Assembly: GCA_951406725.2 (NCBI GenBank)
Contig: OX597833.1
Location: 60,574,001-60,638,000 of the forward strand
Origin: Octopus vulgaris
Taxonomy: Eukaryota
DNA length: 64,000 nt
Reading direction: 5' to 3'
The first letter of the stretch is position 1. Every line of letters begins with the position of its first letter. The notes under the pieces were generated by a model. It had not been told where the DNA came from. It saw only the letters and a program-made list of their open reading frames with translations, and did not search any database. A program made the translations under genes and the position numbers. Positions 50,765 through 62,731 of the stretch are shown here, in pieces.

Positions 50765-51170
50765 TTTACTTACTTCATTTGACTGCAGCCATGCTGGCTC
50801 CATCATACTTTCACATCCTTCAGTACTATACTCTACTCAGGTGAGCAGCCTTCTCTTGCGAATACTTACTTACCTAACTGGTGTTGGTGTCAACAAAAAA
50901 TGCAAATGAGTACACTCTATGAAGTGGTTGGCATTAGGAAGGGTATCCAGCTGTAGAAACCATGCCAAAGCATTCATTTGACTGCAGCCATGCTGGCTCC
51001 ATCATACATTCACATCCTTCAGTACTATACTCTACTCAGTTGAGCAGCCTTGTCTTGCGAATACTAGCTTACCTTACTGGTGTTGGTGCCAACAAAAATG
51101 CAAACGGGTACACTCACTCTGTGAAGTGGTTGGCATTAGGAAGGGTATCCAGCTGTAGAAACCATGCCAA
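50765..51170. repeat. ~210-bp tandem duplication
   Basis: ttcatttgactgcagccatgctggctccatcatac...gaaaccatgccaaagca occurs twice. Confidence 0.9.
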
Positions 51171-53107
51171 AGCAAACATTGGAGTTTGGCACAGACCTTT
51201 GGCTCATCAGTTCCTGTTAAAGCGTCCACTCTGGGAAAAAGGGGCATTCGATGATGATGATGATAATGATCTGGTTGATTTTGTTAACTCACCTACACAA
51301 TCAGTCTCTTTTCTATAGTAGCATTGACAGCCAACAGAATATTCTCCTCCTTCCTTGCCAATCCCTGTTATATCTTCTGCATTCATTGTTCCATATAGTA
51401 TTGCAATTTTTAATTTCTGTCCTCTTTAACCCTTTTAATACCAACCCGGCTGAAACCGGCTCTGGCTCTGAGTACAAATGTCTTGTTTTCATAAGTTTTG
51501 AATTAAAATCTTCCACCAAACCTTAGTCACAATTTATGTTCCTAACACTAGCTTCATGATAACTAAGTTATTGTACTAAATTCTTTGTTATATCTAAAGT
51601 AATTGAAAGAAACACAGAACATCTCAAAATAAATACGGTAATGAAAGGGTTAAAATATATAATAGAGAAATAATTCTTAACCCTTTCGATACCAACCCAG
51701 CTGAAACCACCTCTGGCTCTGTAGTACAAATGTCTTGTTTTCATGAGTTTTGAATTAAAATCTTCCACCAAACCTTAGTCACAATTTATGTTCCTAACAC
51801 TAGCTTCATGATAACTAAGTTATTGTACTAAATTCTTTGTTATATTTAAAGTAATTGAAAGAAATTCCGAGCATCTCAAAATAAATACAGTGACGAAAGG
51901 GTTAAGGACAAAATGATCTCTTGTCACTCTTATCTACATTTTTTACACCTTATTTGCTGATACTAGTTGCTACACTTTTACTAAATCAACCCTAGTGCTA
52001 ATTAGCTAACACCATAAAAGAATACTGTACAACTTACATTCAGTTATGATTGCAGTTTATCATTTTCGTTCTAGACAATGTATCTACTGTCTTGTTTTGC
52101 ATCATTCCCAAAGATTTCACTTCATCTTTTGATCCTTTAAGTTCCTGCAGAATTCCTTCTTTCATATTGAGCAAGACCCCTTCTGAGATACACCTGAGCT
52201 GTTGGGTTCTCTGATACTACATGACTATGTGAGTCTTTGTCGCACGAACTTGAGAGCTTTTGGATGTTAAATCCATTTTTCTGACTTTCAAATATCTTGT
52301 GCATTTCTATAACAGACTTCACGCCAAGAACCGTTTATATTATATCATCTTCATTGTTAACCACATGCTCACATATAATTTTCACATTGTAAGGCGGCGA
52401 GCTGGCAGAAACGTTAGCACGCCAGGCGAAATGCTTAGCGGTATTTCATCTGCCGTTACATTCTGAGTTCAAATTCTGCTGAGGTTGACATTGCCTTTCG
52501 TCCTTTCGGGGTCGATAAATTAAGTACCAGTTATGCACTGGGGTTGATGTAATCGACTTAATCCATTTGTCTGTTCTTGCTTGTCCTCTCTGTGTTTAGC
52601 CCCTTGTGGGTAGTAAAGAAATAGGTATTTCGTCTGCCGTTACATTCTGAGTTCAAATTCCGCCGAGGTCGACTTTGCCTTTCATCCTTTCGGGGTTGAT
52701 AAATTAAGTACCAGTTACGCACTGGGGTCGATAAATTAAGTACCATTTATGCACTGGGGTCGATGTAATCGACTTTATCCCTTTGTCTGTCCTTGTTTGT
52801 CCCCTCTGTTTAGCCCCTTGTGGGCAATAAAGAAATAAAATATGATTTTCTCATTGACTGTGAGGAACAAAAGATCAAAAGCAAGACTCAAGTTGATTCA
52901 CAGCTGGAAGTTAATTCCTCAGTATCTCCATTGCCAGCTTTGGACATTTCATCTTTGGTGTCTAAACTGATCTCCCAATCAATCTATTCTCATTCAACTT
53001 CCTGCACATATTTGGCAATTGTTGTACTAATTATAATCGAAGTAAATTGTGTTAATTAACTGTGATTAATTAAGAGTAACACGATCGCATCACTGTTTCT
53101 GTTGCAG

Positions 53108-53154
53108 AGAACAAATTATTACTGCAGAGAATGATAGCAAGCAGAGTATTGTAG
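53108..53154 (+). CDS. TBC1D23: TBC1D23 exon 7, 47 nt (EQIITAENDSKQSIV)
   Basis: ttgcag| and |gtgagt. Corresponds to EVILTQESDSKEEVI. Confidence 0.9.
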
Positions 53155-53843
53155 GTGAGTACAATGGGGAGTCGGGGGTGGGGCACTGGAGTGTGGGATT
53201 GAGGCATGGTGGGCAATGGGTGGTACTGGAGAATGGTATGACTGTGACTGGGATGTGATGAAATGATGGGAAGGGATATGGCATTGTAGTATGATGGTAT
53301 AATAGGGAAGGCGGCGAGCTGGCAGAAACGTTTACACGCCAGGCGAAATGCGTAGCCGTATTTCATCTGCCGCTACGTTCTGAGTTCAAATTCCGCCAAG
53401 GTCGACTTTGCCTTTCATCCTTTCCGGGTCGATAAATTAAGTACCAGTTACACACTGGGGTCGATGTAATCGACTTCATCCGTTTGTCTGTCCTTGTTTG
53501 TCCCCTCTATGTTTAGCCCCTTTGTGGGCAGTAAAGAAATAGGTATGATAGGGAACGAATGATATGGTGGGGAATTGGATTGCAGTATGATGGTAAAGTT
53601 CACAGGCAAGTGGAATTGGTGTGTTATGGTGTGGCTGAGAGTGGAATGGGTCTGGAGTCTGATGATATGGTTGAGCATGTAAGTGCCGTGGGATGATGAT
53701 AAGACTGAAAGAGAGAGGGAGGAGAAAGAGTAGGGATTTGAGCAGAACAGGTGTAAGTGGGAATGTATGTGTGTCAGGGGACATTATTTGACTCTCGTGT
53801 GATCAGATTCCACAAATACCAATATTCAAATATTTTATTCCAG

Positions 53844-53947
53844 AATTAATGAGTACATTCCCAGCGGCACTGGAAGCTGTTGATATTGAAGACTTTTGTA
53901 CTTTGGCTCAGTATTATGCCTCACGCACACCACAGTCCTTCAGGAGG
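53844..53947 (+). CDS. TBC1D23: TBC1D23 exon 8 (LMSTFPAALEAVDIEDFCTLAQYYASRTPQSFRR)
   Basis: ttccag| and |gtcagt. DIED..LAQYY..TP.SFR motif. Confidence 0.95.
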
Positions 53948-54984
53948 GTCAGTATTGATCTTTATATTGATTATTGTTGTTGTATTAAATAAATGGATCA
54001 TTGAGGAATATGGAGTGATGTTGACTTTGTGAGTGTCCGTGTGTTGTGTAACAGCAACGCTGCCCCAGATACGTTTTATCTTTTACTTTTTTCAGTCATT
54101 AGACTACGGCTATGCTGAGGCGTCGCCTTGAAAAGCTTTTAGTCAAACAAATCGACCCCTGTGATTTTTTTTTAAAGCCCGGTACTTATCCTATCAGTTG
54201 TTTTGCCAAACTGCTAAGTTACAGGGATGTAAACAAACCAACACCAGCTGTCAAGTGGTGGCAGGTGACAAACATAGACACAAAGACACGCACACACATG
54301 CACACATGTATATAGTAGGCTTCTTTCAGTTTTTGTCTACCAAATCCACTCGTAAGGCTTTGGTCAGCCTGAGACTATAGTAGAAGACATTTGCTCAAGG
54401 TGTCACTCAGTGGGATTGAACCATGTTTGTCCCTCTATATTTAGCCCCTTGTGCCGGTGGCACGTTAAAAGCTCCAACCGATCGTGGCCGATGCCGGACA
54501 CCCCTGGCACCTGTGCAGGTGGCACGTAAAAATCACCCACTACACTCAAGGAGTGGTTGGCGTTAGGAAGGGCATCCAGCTGTAGAAACTCTGCCAGATC
54601 AGACTGGAGCCTGGTGCAGCCCCTGGCTTCCCAGACCCCGGTCGAACCGTCCAACCCATGCTAGCGCGGAAAACGGACGTTAAACGAAGATGATGATGAT
54701 GATGATGATGATGATATAAAATCATGACAAAACACACACATGTTGTAGTCCTTAAGATGAATAATTTTGGTAAAATCTCCAATTTTCTTTTATGTGCTGT
54801 TTTGGTGTTGCATTAAAAAACAAATGATGTAAGGGGAGGTAAATAAACCTGAACTATTCACCAAATGTGGCAATATGTCTCTCATTGATGTTACTTCATC
54901 ATTTGTGAAAGCAACTCAATGAGTTGCTCACAGTGGAAGTGGTAAATCCATCCTAACACTACTAATCCGACGTCTGGCAGCTGA

Positions 54985-55407
54985 CTTGGTAGACACCCAT
55001 AAAATTATTAAACCATCTTACAAACAATAACTCTGAGCACCTTTTCAAACTCCCCCTGTCAAATACCTGTGGACATGTTTACAAAGTCAGAAAACAGCAC
55101 AGCTCCCATGACTTTAGGAAACATTTTTTAATGCTGAGAGTTGCTGAAGCATGGAACAAACTACCGGCATCAGTTGTTAGTTGTCGGAGCACTGCATCCT
55201 TCAAAACTTCCATGCTTTCTGAGATTCGCCAACACTATACCTGATTTTCTCCCCTCCATACACACGCAAGCATATATCTGACTCATACACTGTTCACTTC
55301 ACAGACATTTGTACACTACTGCATATGCTTTATACGCACTTTCTGACAAGTTGTGGTGCACCTGAGCACTGTATACAACAATTTCATTATTATTATTATT
55401 ATTATTA
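54985..55407 (+). mobile_element. CR1-type LINE 3' end with (ATT)n tail. Related tails at 28760-28890 and 55835-55896
   Basis: GHVYKVRKQHSSHDFRKHF..RVAEAWNKLPASVV..SFK, with 3' UTR GTTGTGGTGCACCTGAGCACTGTA. Confidence 0.8.
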
Positions 55408-55835
55408 AGAAAAAATCACAAATTGACAAATCTGGTGACCTTGGGGGCCAGTGAATGTCATCAAGTCTTAAGATGATACAGTTACCAAACAAATCTTGCA
55501 CAGCTGCCATTGATTGCCTTGTAGGTATACAATGTCACGCCATCTTATTGCAGTGTACATTGTGAAGTTGCAGAAAATTGTTCAATGCAGATGCAACCAA
55601 AGATTGTAGCATCTCAACATATCGATCCAAAGTGACAGTCTGTGTGATCCCACTTTCGTTTTCGAAAATGTAAGGTCTGATGACACCATGTGATGAAACT
55701 GCACACCATACTATCACCTTGCTGCTGTGTAAAGGGCATTCATGAAATTCTTAAAGTTAGCGCTCTGCCCAGTAATGACAGTTCGGTTCACATAACCTGC
55801 GAGATGAAAATGAGCCTCATCTGGACATCCACAGA
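55408..55835 (-). mobile_element. Tc1/mariner transposase remnant bounded by CR1 tails
   Basis: VWCAVSSHGVIRPYIFE and WPPRSPDLSICDFFL motifs. Confidence 0.85.
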
Positions 55836-55964
55836 AATTTTTGACAAGTTGTGGTGCACCTGAGCACTGTATACAATAATTTCATTATTATTATTTTAAT
55901 TCCATCTCCTTGCCACTAGTCTAGTGTTTCTATTTCAGTTGAAAATCTCTCCTATTATTTCCAG

Positions 55965-56090
55965 GATTACCAATCGCCGTTGTTTGGAACTTCTCTTGGA
56001 ACCAAAGAGGATGAGTCTATTCAAGTGTCTCAAGCTTTGTGTCTTCCTGTCTCTGTACATGAGCTGCTTCAACCACGGCAGGCAGGTGTG
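55965..56090 (+). CDS. TBC1D23: TBC1D23 exon 9 (DYQSPLFGTSLG...SQALCLPVSVHELLQPRQAGV)
   Basis: ttccag| and |gtaagt. SQALCL motif. Confidence 0.95.
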
Positions 56091-57599
56091 GTAAGTATTT
56101 CTGACTTTACACCGTTAATTAGTACTACTCAGTAGCAGACATGTTATATTGGTCTCTTGATTCTTGAAAAACTGTAATTCACATAATGTAGCAGACATTC
56201 TAAAGATGCTTAATTTCCTGTAAACTTAACGATTCTTTGGTATTTATCGATGACTGGCACCCATGCTAGTGGAGCGCTAACAGCTCCATCCAAGCGGGAT
56301 CACTGCCAGAGCAAGCTGTCTGGCACGTAAAGAACACCATTTGAGTGTGATCGTTACCAGCGTCACCTCACTGGCACTTGTGCCGGTGGCACGTGAACAA
56401 AACATTCAAGCGAGGTCGTTGCCAGTGCCGCTGGACTGACTCCTGTGCAGGTGGCACGTAAGAAACACCATTTGAGCGTGGCTGTTGCCAGTACCACCAG
56501 ACTGGCCCTCATGTCAGTGGCACGTATAAAGCACCCACTACACTCTCGGAGTGGTTGGCGTTAGGAAGGGCATCCAGCTGTAGAAACTCTGCCAGATCAA
56601 GATTGGAGCCTGGTGCAGCCATCTGGTTTGCCAGTCCTCAGTCAAATCGTCCAACCCATGCTAGCATGGAAAACAGATGTTAAATGATGATGATGATGAT
56701 GATGATGTGCAGACATTTGAGATGGCCACAGTTGAGTCAATATACAGGTCACACCCTCTCATTGGTGTTACTCACTTGTTTGTGGCTGTGCAAGTCATGC
56801 TTGTCTTGGTCATCTGGCAGTGGTCAGGGCAGCGGACTCGCGGTCGTAGGATCGCAGTTTCGATTCCCAGACTAGGCATTGAGTGTTTATTGAGCGAAAA
56901 CACCTAAATCTCCACGAGGCTCCAGCAGGGTGTGGTGGTGATCCCTGCTGCACTCTTTCGCCACAACTTTCTCTCACTCTTTCTTCTGTTCGCCTGCTCA
57001 CTTAGCCAGCAGGGTGGCATCATTTGAAGACCAAAACAATGTTAAGCGCATTGTGACCAGCGATGTGTAGCAATATCTGATAGCCTGATCAGTCATGTGA
57101 TCGCATGAACAGCAAAGCTAAATGCTTCACACACACATACTTGACACAGTGCAACACATTTGAAGAACTTGTAGTAATAGCAGCTAAATCTCTCTTAAAT
57201 CACACCATAACATATTAAAACGTACAATGCTAGACATGTTTACACAGAAAATTGCAAACAGATTATACCACTTGTATGTTAGTGATCTTTCTTTACAATT
57301 ATCATGAGATGCCAAGACAAAAATAAAGTTTAATGGCGATCTTTCGGTACAGGTACCATAACTGCCAATTATAAACCCACATGGATTTGTTTACATTTCT
57401 GAAGAAAAAAGAAACCCTTTTCCCCACCCCTAACCCTAACCCCACATATATAAAAAAAAAACTTTACAGAAAGTGATGATCTTCTTCTTCAAATGTAAAC
57501 AAACAGACTTGGCAGTTATGGTACTTATACCGAAAGATTGCTGGTTTAATAGTCCAAAGAAATCTGATGTCACCATCAAAATTTTCTTGTTATTTCCAG

Positions 57600-57695
57600 A
57601 CTGATGCTGTAGCATATTTCATTGTTGACTGCCGGCCAGCTGAGCAATACAATAACGGACATTTACCAACTGCCTTTCATCTTGACGCCAATTTG
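57600..57695 (+). CDS. TBC1D23: TBC1D23 exon 10, start of rhodanese domain (TDAVAYFIVDCRPAEQYNNGHLPTAFHLDANL)
   Basis: ttccag| and |gtaagt. VDCRPAEQYNxGHL motif. Confidence 0.97.
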
Positions 57696-57871
57696 GTAAG
57701 TATTTTGTCCTTCGTTAATTCCATACCAACAATAATAGAGATTCCACTGTCCTATTGGTACATGTTCTCTTGTTGTTGTTAAACTAGCTTTCAAATATCA
57801 AACCCACTTATTTTTCCTCAACAAGATGTTATAGAACTCGCACTCATTTCTTTCCCATTATTTCTCTACAG

Positions 57872-57947
57872 ATGCTACAGAATCCAACAGAGTTCAACTC
57901 AGCAGTCGTTGCTCTATTTTCTACCCAGAAGCAAGCAATTGCAGCAG
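57872..57947 (+). CDS. TBC1D23: TBC1D23 exon 11 (MLQNPTEFNSAVVALFSTQKQAIAA)
   Basis: ctacag| and |gtaatt, after a 176-bp intron. Confidence 0.95.
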
Positions 57948-58629
57948 GTAATTACTTATTTATTATTATTATTATTATTATTGTCATTATCATTAAGACA
58001 GTGTGCTGACAGAATTGACCGCATGCTTGGAAAAATGCCTAGTGGCATTTTATCTGTCTTTATGTTCCGAGTTCAAATCCCACTGAGGTTGACTCTGTCT
58101 TTTATCATTTCAGGGTCAATAAAATAAGTACCAGTGAAGTACCAGGGTCAATGTGATCGACTTACGTCTGCCCTTGAAATTGCTGGCCTTGTGTAAAAAT
58201 TTGAAACCATTTTTGTTATTATGATTATTATGTAGGTAGGGGGGCTCTGAAAGGGGTCTCAGGGAGTAGTGTCCCTGCCTTCCTAAGCTTGTTTTCCACT
58301 ACATTACTTTAAAAATCGTGGCAGAGGCCTTGGTCTTGGGACCACTCATGTCTAGAAACTGAGGTTGGGGGTAAGCTGGGCATGCTCCCTGTAGAAAATC
58401 CAGCACCAAAAAAGCCTCATGATAGCAAGGGAGAATGGGCACCAGCCAGCCAGCCCAAAGGTTGGGGTGGGCTGCACCTGCCTGCCTCGGTTGCTATGAC
58501 ATTGAGGTAGATCTGACCACCCCCATTAACAGGGACAAAACCTGGATTTAAAACACTCGGTTGCTATAGCATTGAGGTAGATCTGACCACCCCCATTAAC
58601 AGGGACAAAACCAGGATTTAAAACACTGG

Positions 58630-58676
<47 letters not shown>

Positions 58677-58992
58677 GGCAACAAACTGGCAGAACTGTTA
58701 ACATACTTCACAAAATGCTTATCGGCATTTTTGTTTGTCTTTACATGTGACTATATGTGACATTACACCGCAGTACATATGATTATATGTGACTTTTCCT
58801 TAGTACACGTGACTATATGCAACACTTATTCAGTACTTGTGGCATTTCCACAATACATGTAACTGTTGGTGGCATTTCCACAATACATGTAACTGTTGGT
58901 GGCATTTCCACAATACATGTAACTATTGGTAGCATTTTCACAGTCGACAAAATAATATTTGTGATGTGCCTCAATGATGTGTCTTTCTACAG

Positions 58993-59130
58993 GTTCTGTA
59001 GCTGGTGGTGAACATCTGTGCTTCATGGGAAGTGGAAGAGAAGAAGAAGACCAATATGTCCACATGGTTGTGGCAAATTTTTTACAGAAGGGTCACCAAT
59101 ATATTAGTGTTGCACGTGGAGGCTATGCAA
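58993..59130 (+). CDS. TBC1D23: TBC1D23 exon 12 (GSVAGGEHLCFMGSGREEEDQYVHMVVANFLQKGHQYISVARGGYA)
   Basis: ctacag| and |gtaagt. Nearly invariant GGEHLCFMGSGREEED. Confidence 0.97.
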
Positions 59131-59149
59131 GTAAGTCTAACCATATATC

Positions 59150-59722
59150 TCTTACACCACTCTCCCCTCTTTTATTATTGTCCCTCCTTACACCACTGTC
59201 CCCTCCTTACACCACTATCCTTTATTACTCCACTGTCCCTTCCTTACACAACTGTCCCTTCCTTACACCACTGTCCCCTCCTTACACCATTGTCCCCTCC
59301 TGACACCACTGTCCCTTTTTACATCACTGTCCCTTCCTTACACCATTGATCCCTTCCTTACACAATTGATCCCTCCTTACACCATTGATCCCTCCTCACA
59401 CCACTGTCCCCTTTTTACACCACTGTCCCCTCTTACACCATTATCTCCTCTTACATCACTGTCCTTTCCTTACAGCATTGATCCCTCCTTACACCACTGT
59501 CTCTTACACCATTGTCCCCTCCTTATACCACTGTCCTCTTTTTACACCACTGTCCCCTCCTCACACCATTGTCCCCTCCTTACACCACTGTCCTCTTCTT
59601 ACGCCACTGCCCTCTTCTTACACCACTGTCCCTGCCTTACATCACTCTCCCCTCCTTACACCACTGTGTCCTCCTCTTACATCCCTGTTTCTTCTTGCCC
59701 CACTGTCCCCTCTTACACCACT
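59150..59722. repeat. ~21-22-bp C-rich minisatellite (CCTTACACCACTGTCCCCT) filling TBC1D23 intron 12
   Basis: Directly visible periodicity; explains the Pro/His-rich pseudo-ORFs. Confidence 0.95.
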
Positions 59723-59868
59723 TGTAACTCTCATTCAGTTACCACATCCTTATATCAATGTTACCCTTCAGTGTGACCCCTAAATTATTGTCCACCTCTT
59801 TTAGGTGCCCCCATTCTTTACTGACACTGTTTATTTCACTGTTTGACTTCATCTCTCTTTCATCTTAG

Positions 59869-60127
59869 ATTTACATGAAGCACTACGAGGGAATTTATCT
59901 CAAGGACTCACTGACCACAACCCTAAAAACTGTATTGTCTGCAACCCCGACATGGTGAGCAGTGCCAGTGACCTGGAGAACGGAGATGATTTTGCTTTAC
60001 CTTCTCTTGGCCGGGTCAGCAAGGACTCTTTGCTCGGCAAATTGTCAAATGTTGTGAAATGCAAGTCTGCTGAAATGAAAGAGAAACTATCAAATTATAT
60101 AAAGAATGAGCAGGCGATACCAGAGAG
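59869..60127 (+). CDS. TBC1D23: TBC1D23 exon 13 (LHEALRGNLSQGLTDHNPKNCIVCNPD...KSAEMKEKLSNYIKNEQAIPE)
   Basis: cttag| and |gtatgg. Its C-terminal part aligns with KTKSVNVREKVISFIEN. Confidence 0.9.
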
Positions 60128-61151
60128 GTATGGGCTTCCCCTTCGGTATTCGTGTGTGTGTGTATGTATGTAGTGGGTGTGCATGTATGTATGAGCTCTG
60201 TGTGTGTGCATGTATGTATGAGTTGTGTGTGTGTGTGTGTGTGTGCATATATGTATGTACTGTGGGCATATGTGTGTGTGTACTGTGTATATATTTTATG
60301 TGCACGCTGTGTGTTTGTGTGTGTATGTGTGCACTGTGTGTGTTCTTGTGCATGTGTGTGTTTGTGTGTGTGTGTGTGTTTGTGGATGTGTGCGTTTGGT
60401 GATGTGTGTGTGTGTGCTTGTGGATGTGTGCGTTTGGTGATGTGTGTGTGCTTGTGGATGTGTGTTTGTTGATGTGTGTGTGTGTGGATGTTTGTGGATG
60501 TGTGTGTATACAGTCAGAACTGGTCTCTAGGAAATTTACCAGTCTATAGAGATCTTACCAGCATGCAGAGTAAGACTGATAGACTGGTACAGTGATAGAT
60601 TGGCACAATGAGTTGAGTGGCACAGCAAAGGGAGCAGTACAGAGAAAAGAGTGGCACAGTAAAGAGAATGACACAGTGAGCAGAGTAGAACAATGAGGAG
60701 AGCGATATGGTGAGGAGAGTGGCACAATAAAGAGAGTAACACCACAGGAAGAGTGGAACGGCAAGGAGAGTGGATCACAAAACACTCTGTGTTGTTATGT
60801 TACATCACTTTTTTTATTCCAAGTTCAAATCCTACATAAGTCATCCCTGCCTGTCAATCATTCCAGAGCCAGTAAAAATAATCTGCTGCCACCTGTTTAA
60901 ATATTAGAGTCGATGTCTTTCAAAACATGTCGCATTGTGTCAGTATGATAAATCATTAGTGTGCCATTGTTGTTGACGATGTTAATGATGATGATGATGA
61001 TATTGATGATAATGGTGATGTTGATGATGATTGTCATGATGTTGTGCTGATGATGATAATGATGGTGTGTGATGATGGTGATTGTCATGATGAGTGGGGG
61101 TGATGATGGTGATGTTGATCAAGTCTTTCCATTTTTTTTCTCACTCCATAG

Positions 61152-61231
61152 GCATGTCAGCAGTACAGACAGATTGGGCAAACGTTACAGGAATATGGCA
61201 TCAGTCTTTACGATAGGAGATGACGAAGAAG
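61152..61231 (+). CDS. TBC1D23: TBC1D23 exon 14 (RHVSSTDRLGKRYRNMASVFTIGDDEE); gene probably continues beyond the window
   Basis: ccatag| and |gtgagt. Matches [27 protein letters not shown]. Confidence 0.95.
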
Positions 61232-62661
61232 GTGAGTATGTTCTTTCATCTTGTAGCATATAGCTTCCCAGTGTACCTATATTATTACGACATCGCCACA
61301 CCTGTGATATTACAACATCACCAGACCTATGATATTACAGTGTCGCCAAACTTATAAAATGCTGCCACCCCTATCGTATATCTATGAGAAGAGGCGCAAT
61401 GGCCCAGTGGTTAGGGCAGCAGACTCGCGGTCGTAGGATCGCGGTTTCGATTCCCAGACCGGGCGTTGTGGGTGTTTATTGAGAGTAAACACCTAAAGCT
61501 CCACGAGGTTCCGGCAGGGGGTGGTGGTGATCCCTGCTGTACTCTTTCACCACAACTTTCTCTCACTCTTACTTCCTGTTTCTGTTGTACCTGTATTTCA
61601 AAGGGCCGGCCTTGTCACTCTCTGTGTCACGCTGAATATCCCCGAGAACTATGTTAAGGGTACACGTGTCTGTGGAGTGCTCAGCCACTTACACTTTAAT
61701 TTCACGAGCAGGCTGTTCCGTTGATTGGATCAACTGGAACCCTCGTCGTCATAACCGACGGAGTGCTTCCATATCTATGAGCATGGCCCAGTGTTTAGGA
61801 TGTAGTTCTCATGATGATTAGGCTGTAGTAACAACTCCTAGGGTCTAGCAACACATTGTGCTCTTGAGCAAAGCACTTCATTCCACATTGCTTCACTTTA
61901 CTCAACTGAAAATAAGTACAGTGGCAGCTGGAGGTTAACCGTGCAACAGGCAGGGGCTAGTTTTGTCCCTTAAATTACTTCAGAAACCAAGGTGACCTCT
62001 GGTTACTTCAAACTCAAGACAGACACTTACCACCACATTGGTGATATAAACAGTTTTCTGTTTATGCTATCATTGTTTCAAGATGCAGCACGGAATTTTG
62101 CCAGTGAACAGGTCGCGGTCTCAAAGCGACAAAAATATTTTGACAAATTAAATTTAGATGTTGAAGTGAATCTAACGGTTTTTGTGTGTTTCTTAAATGG
62201 CTTACAAACACCTTCCACGCTACAATTGTTTTCATTCAAGCACACGACCTCAGATCAGGTCACTTGCTCTGCAAGTACATCTCTGTAAGCTGTGGAATGT
62301 TTTCCACTAAATATCTTTGTATCATTTTATTTATTACCATTATGAAATAGCAGAATATGTTGGTTTGTGTTTTTGGATATAGCACTACACTTTATAATAT
62401 CACTTTATCGTGTGATATATTGTACATCATCTTAATGTATTGTATGTCACACACATCTATATTGTATATACTGTACAGTATTATTATATAACAATACTAT
62501 AGTATGACATTTATTGCTATTTCATATATATATATACCTGTAAGTCCATGCCACCATCTCTTCAGTTATCTGGCCATCGGAAAAATGCTATGAAAAATTA
62601 TTGTTATACAAAGGGAATTTCCCTTTGTATAACGGTCACTTTTCATAGCATTTTTCCGATG

Positions 62662-62731
62662 GCCAGATAACTGAAGAGATGGTGGTATGAATTTCCACCT
62701 TAGAATCCGAAACTCAGAGTTTTATCATGGC
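62662..62731 (+). ncRNA. Type I hammerhead ribozyme inside an inverted-repeat (Penelope-like) element at 62541-62810
   Basis: Stem I GCCA-GATAA/TTATC-a-TGGC, core CTGAAGA (62671), extended stem II GAT-GGTGG..CCACC..ATC, GAAA (62709), stem III CTC-A-GAG, predicted cleavage after GTT at 62721. Confidence 0.75.

Noticed and set aside
59005-59783. Pro/His/Leu-rich ORFs after exon 12
   Set aside because: Read-through into the intronic 21-22-bp minisatellite. The true frame splices 59130 to 59869.
61391-61465. tRNA-like sequences with A and B boxes (also ~13125-13200, 23031-23095, 39998-40060)
   Set aside because: No proper acceptor stem, and most continue into SINE bodies, so they are SINE heads and not tRNA genes.
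62083-62180. Phase-compatible candidate TBC1D23 exon 15 (DAARNFASEQVAVSKRQKYFDKLNL)
   Set aside because: AAG acceptor, no convincing donor and no resemblance to the expected acidic linker or C-terminal domain.
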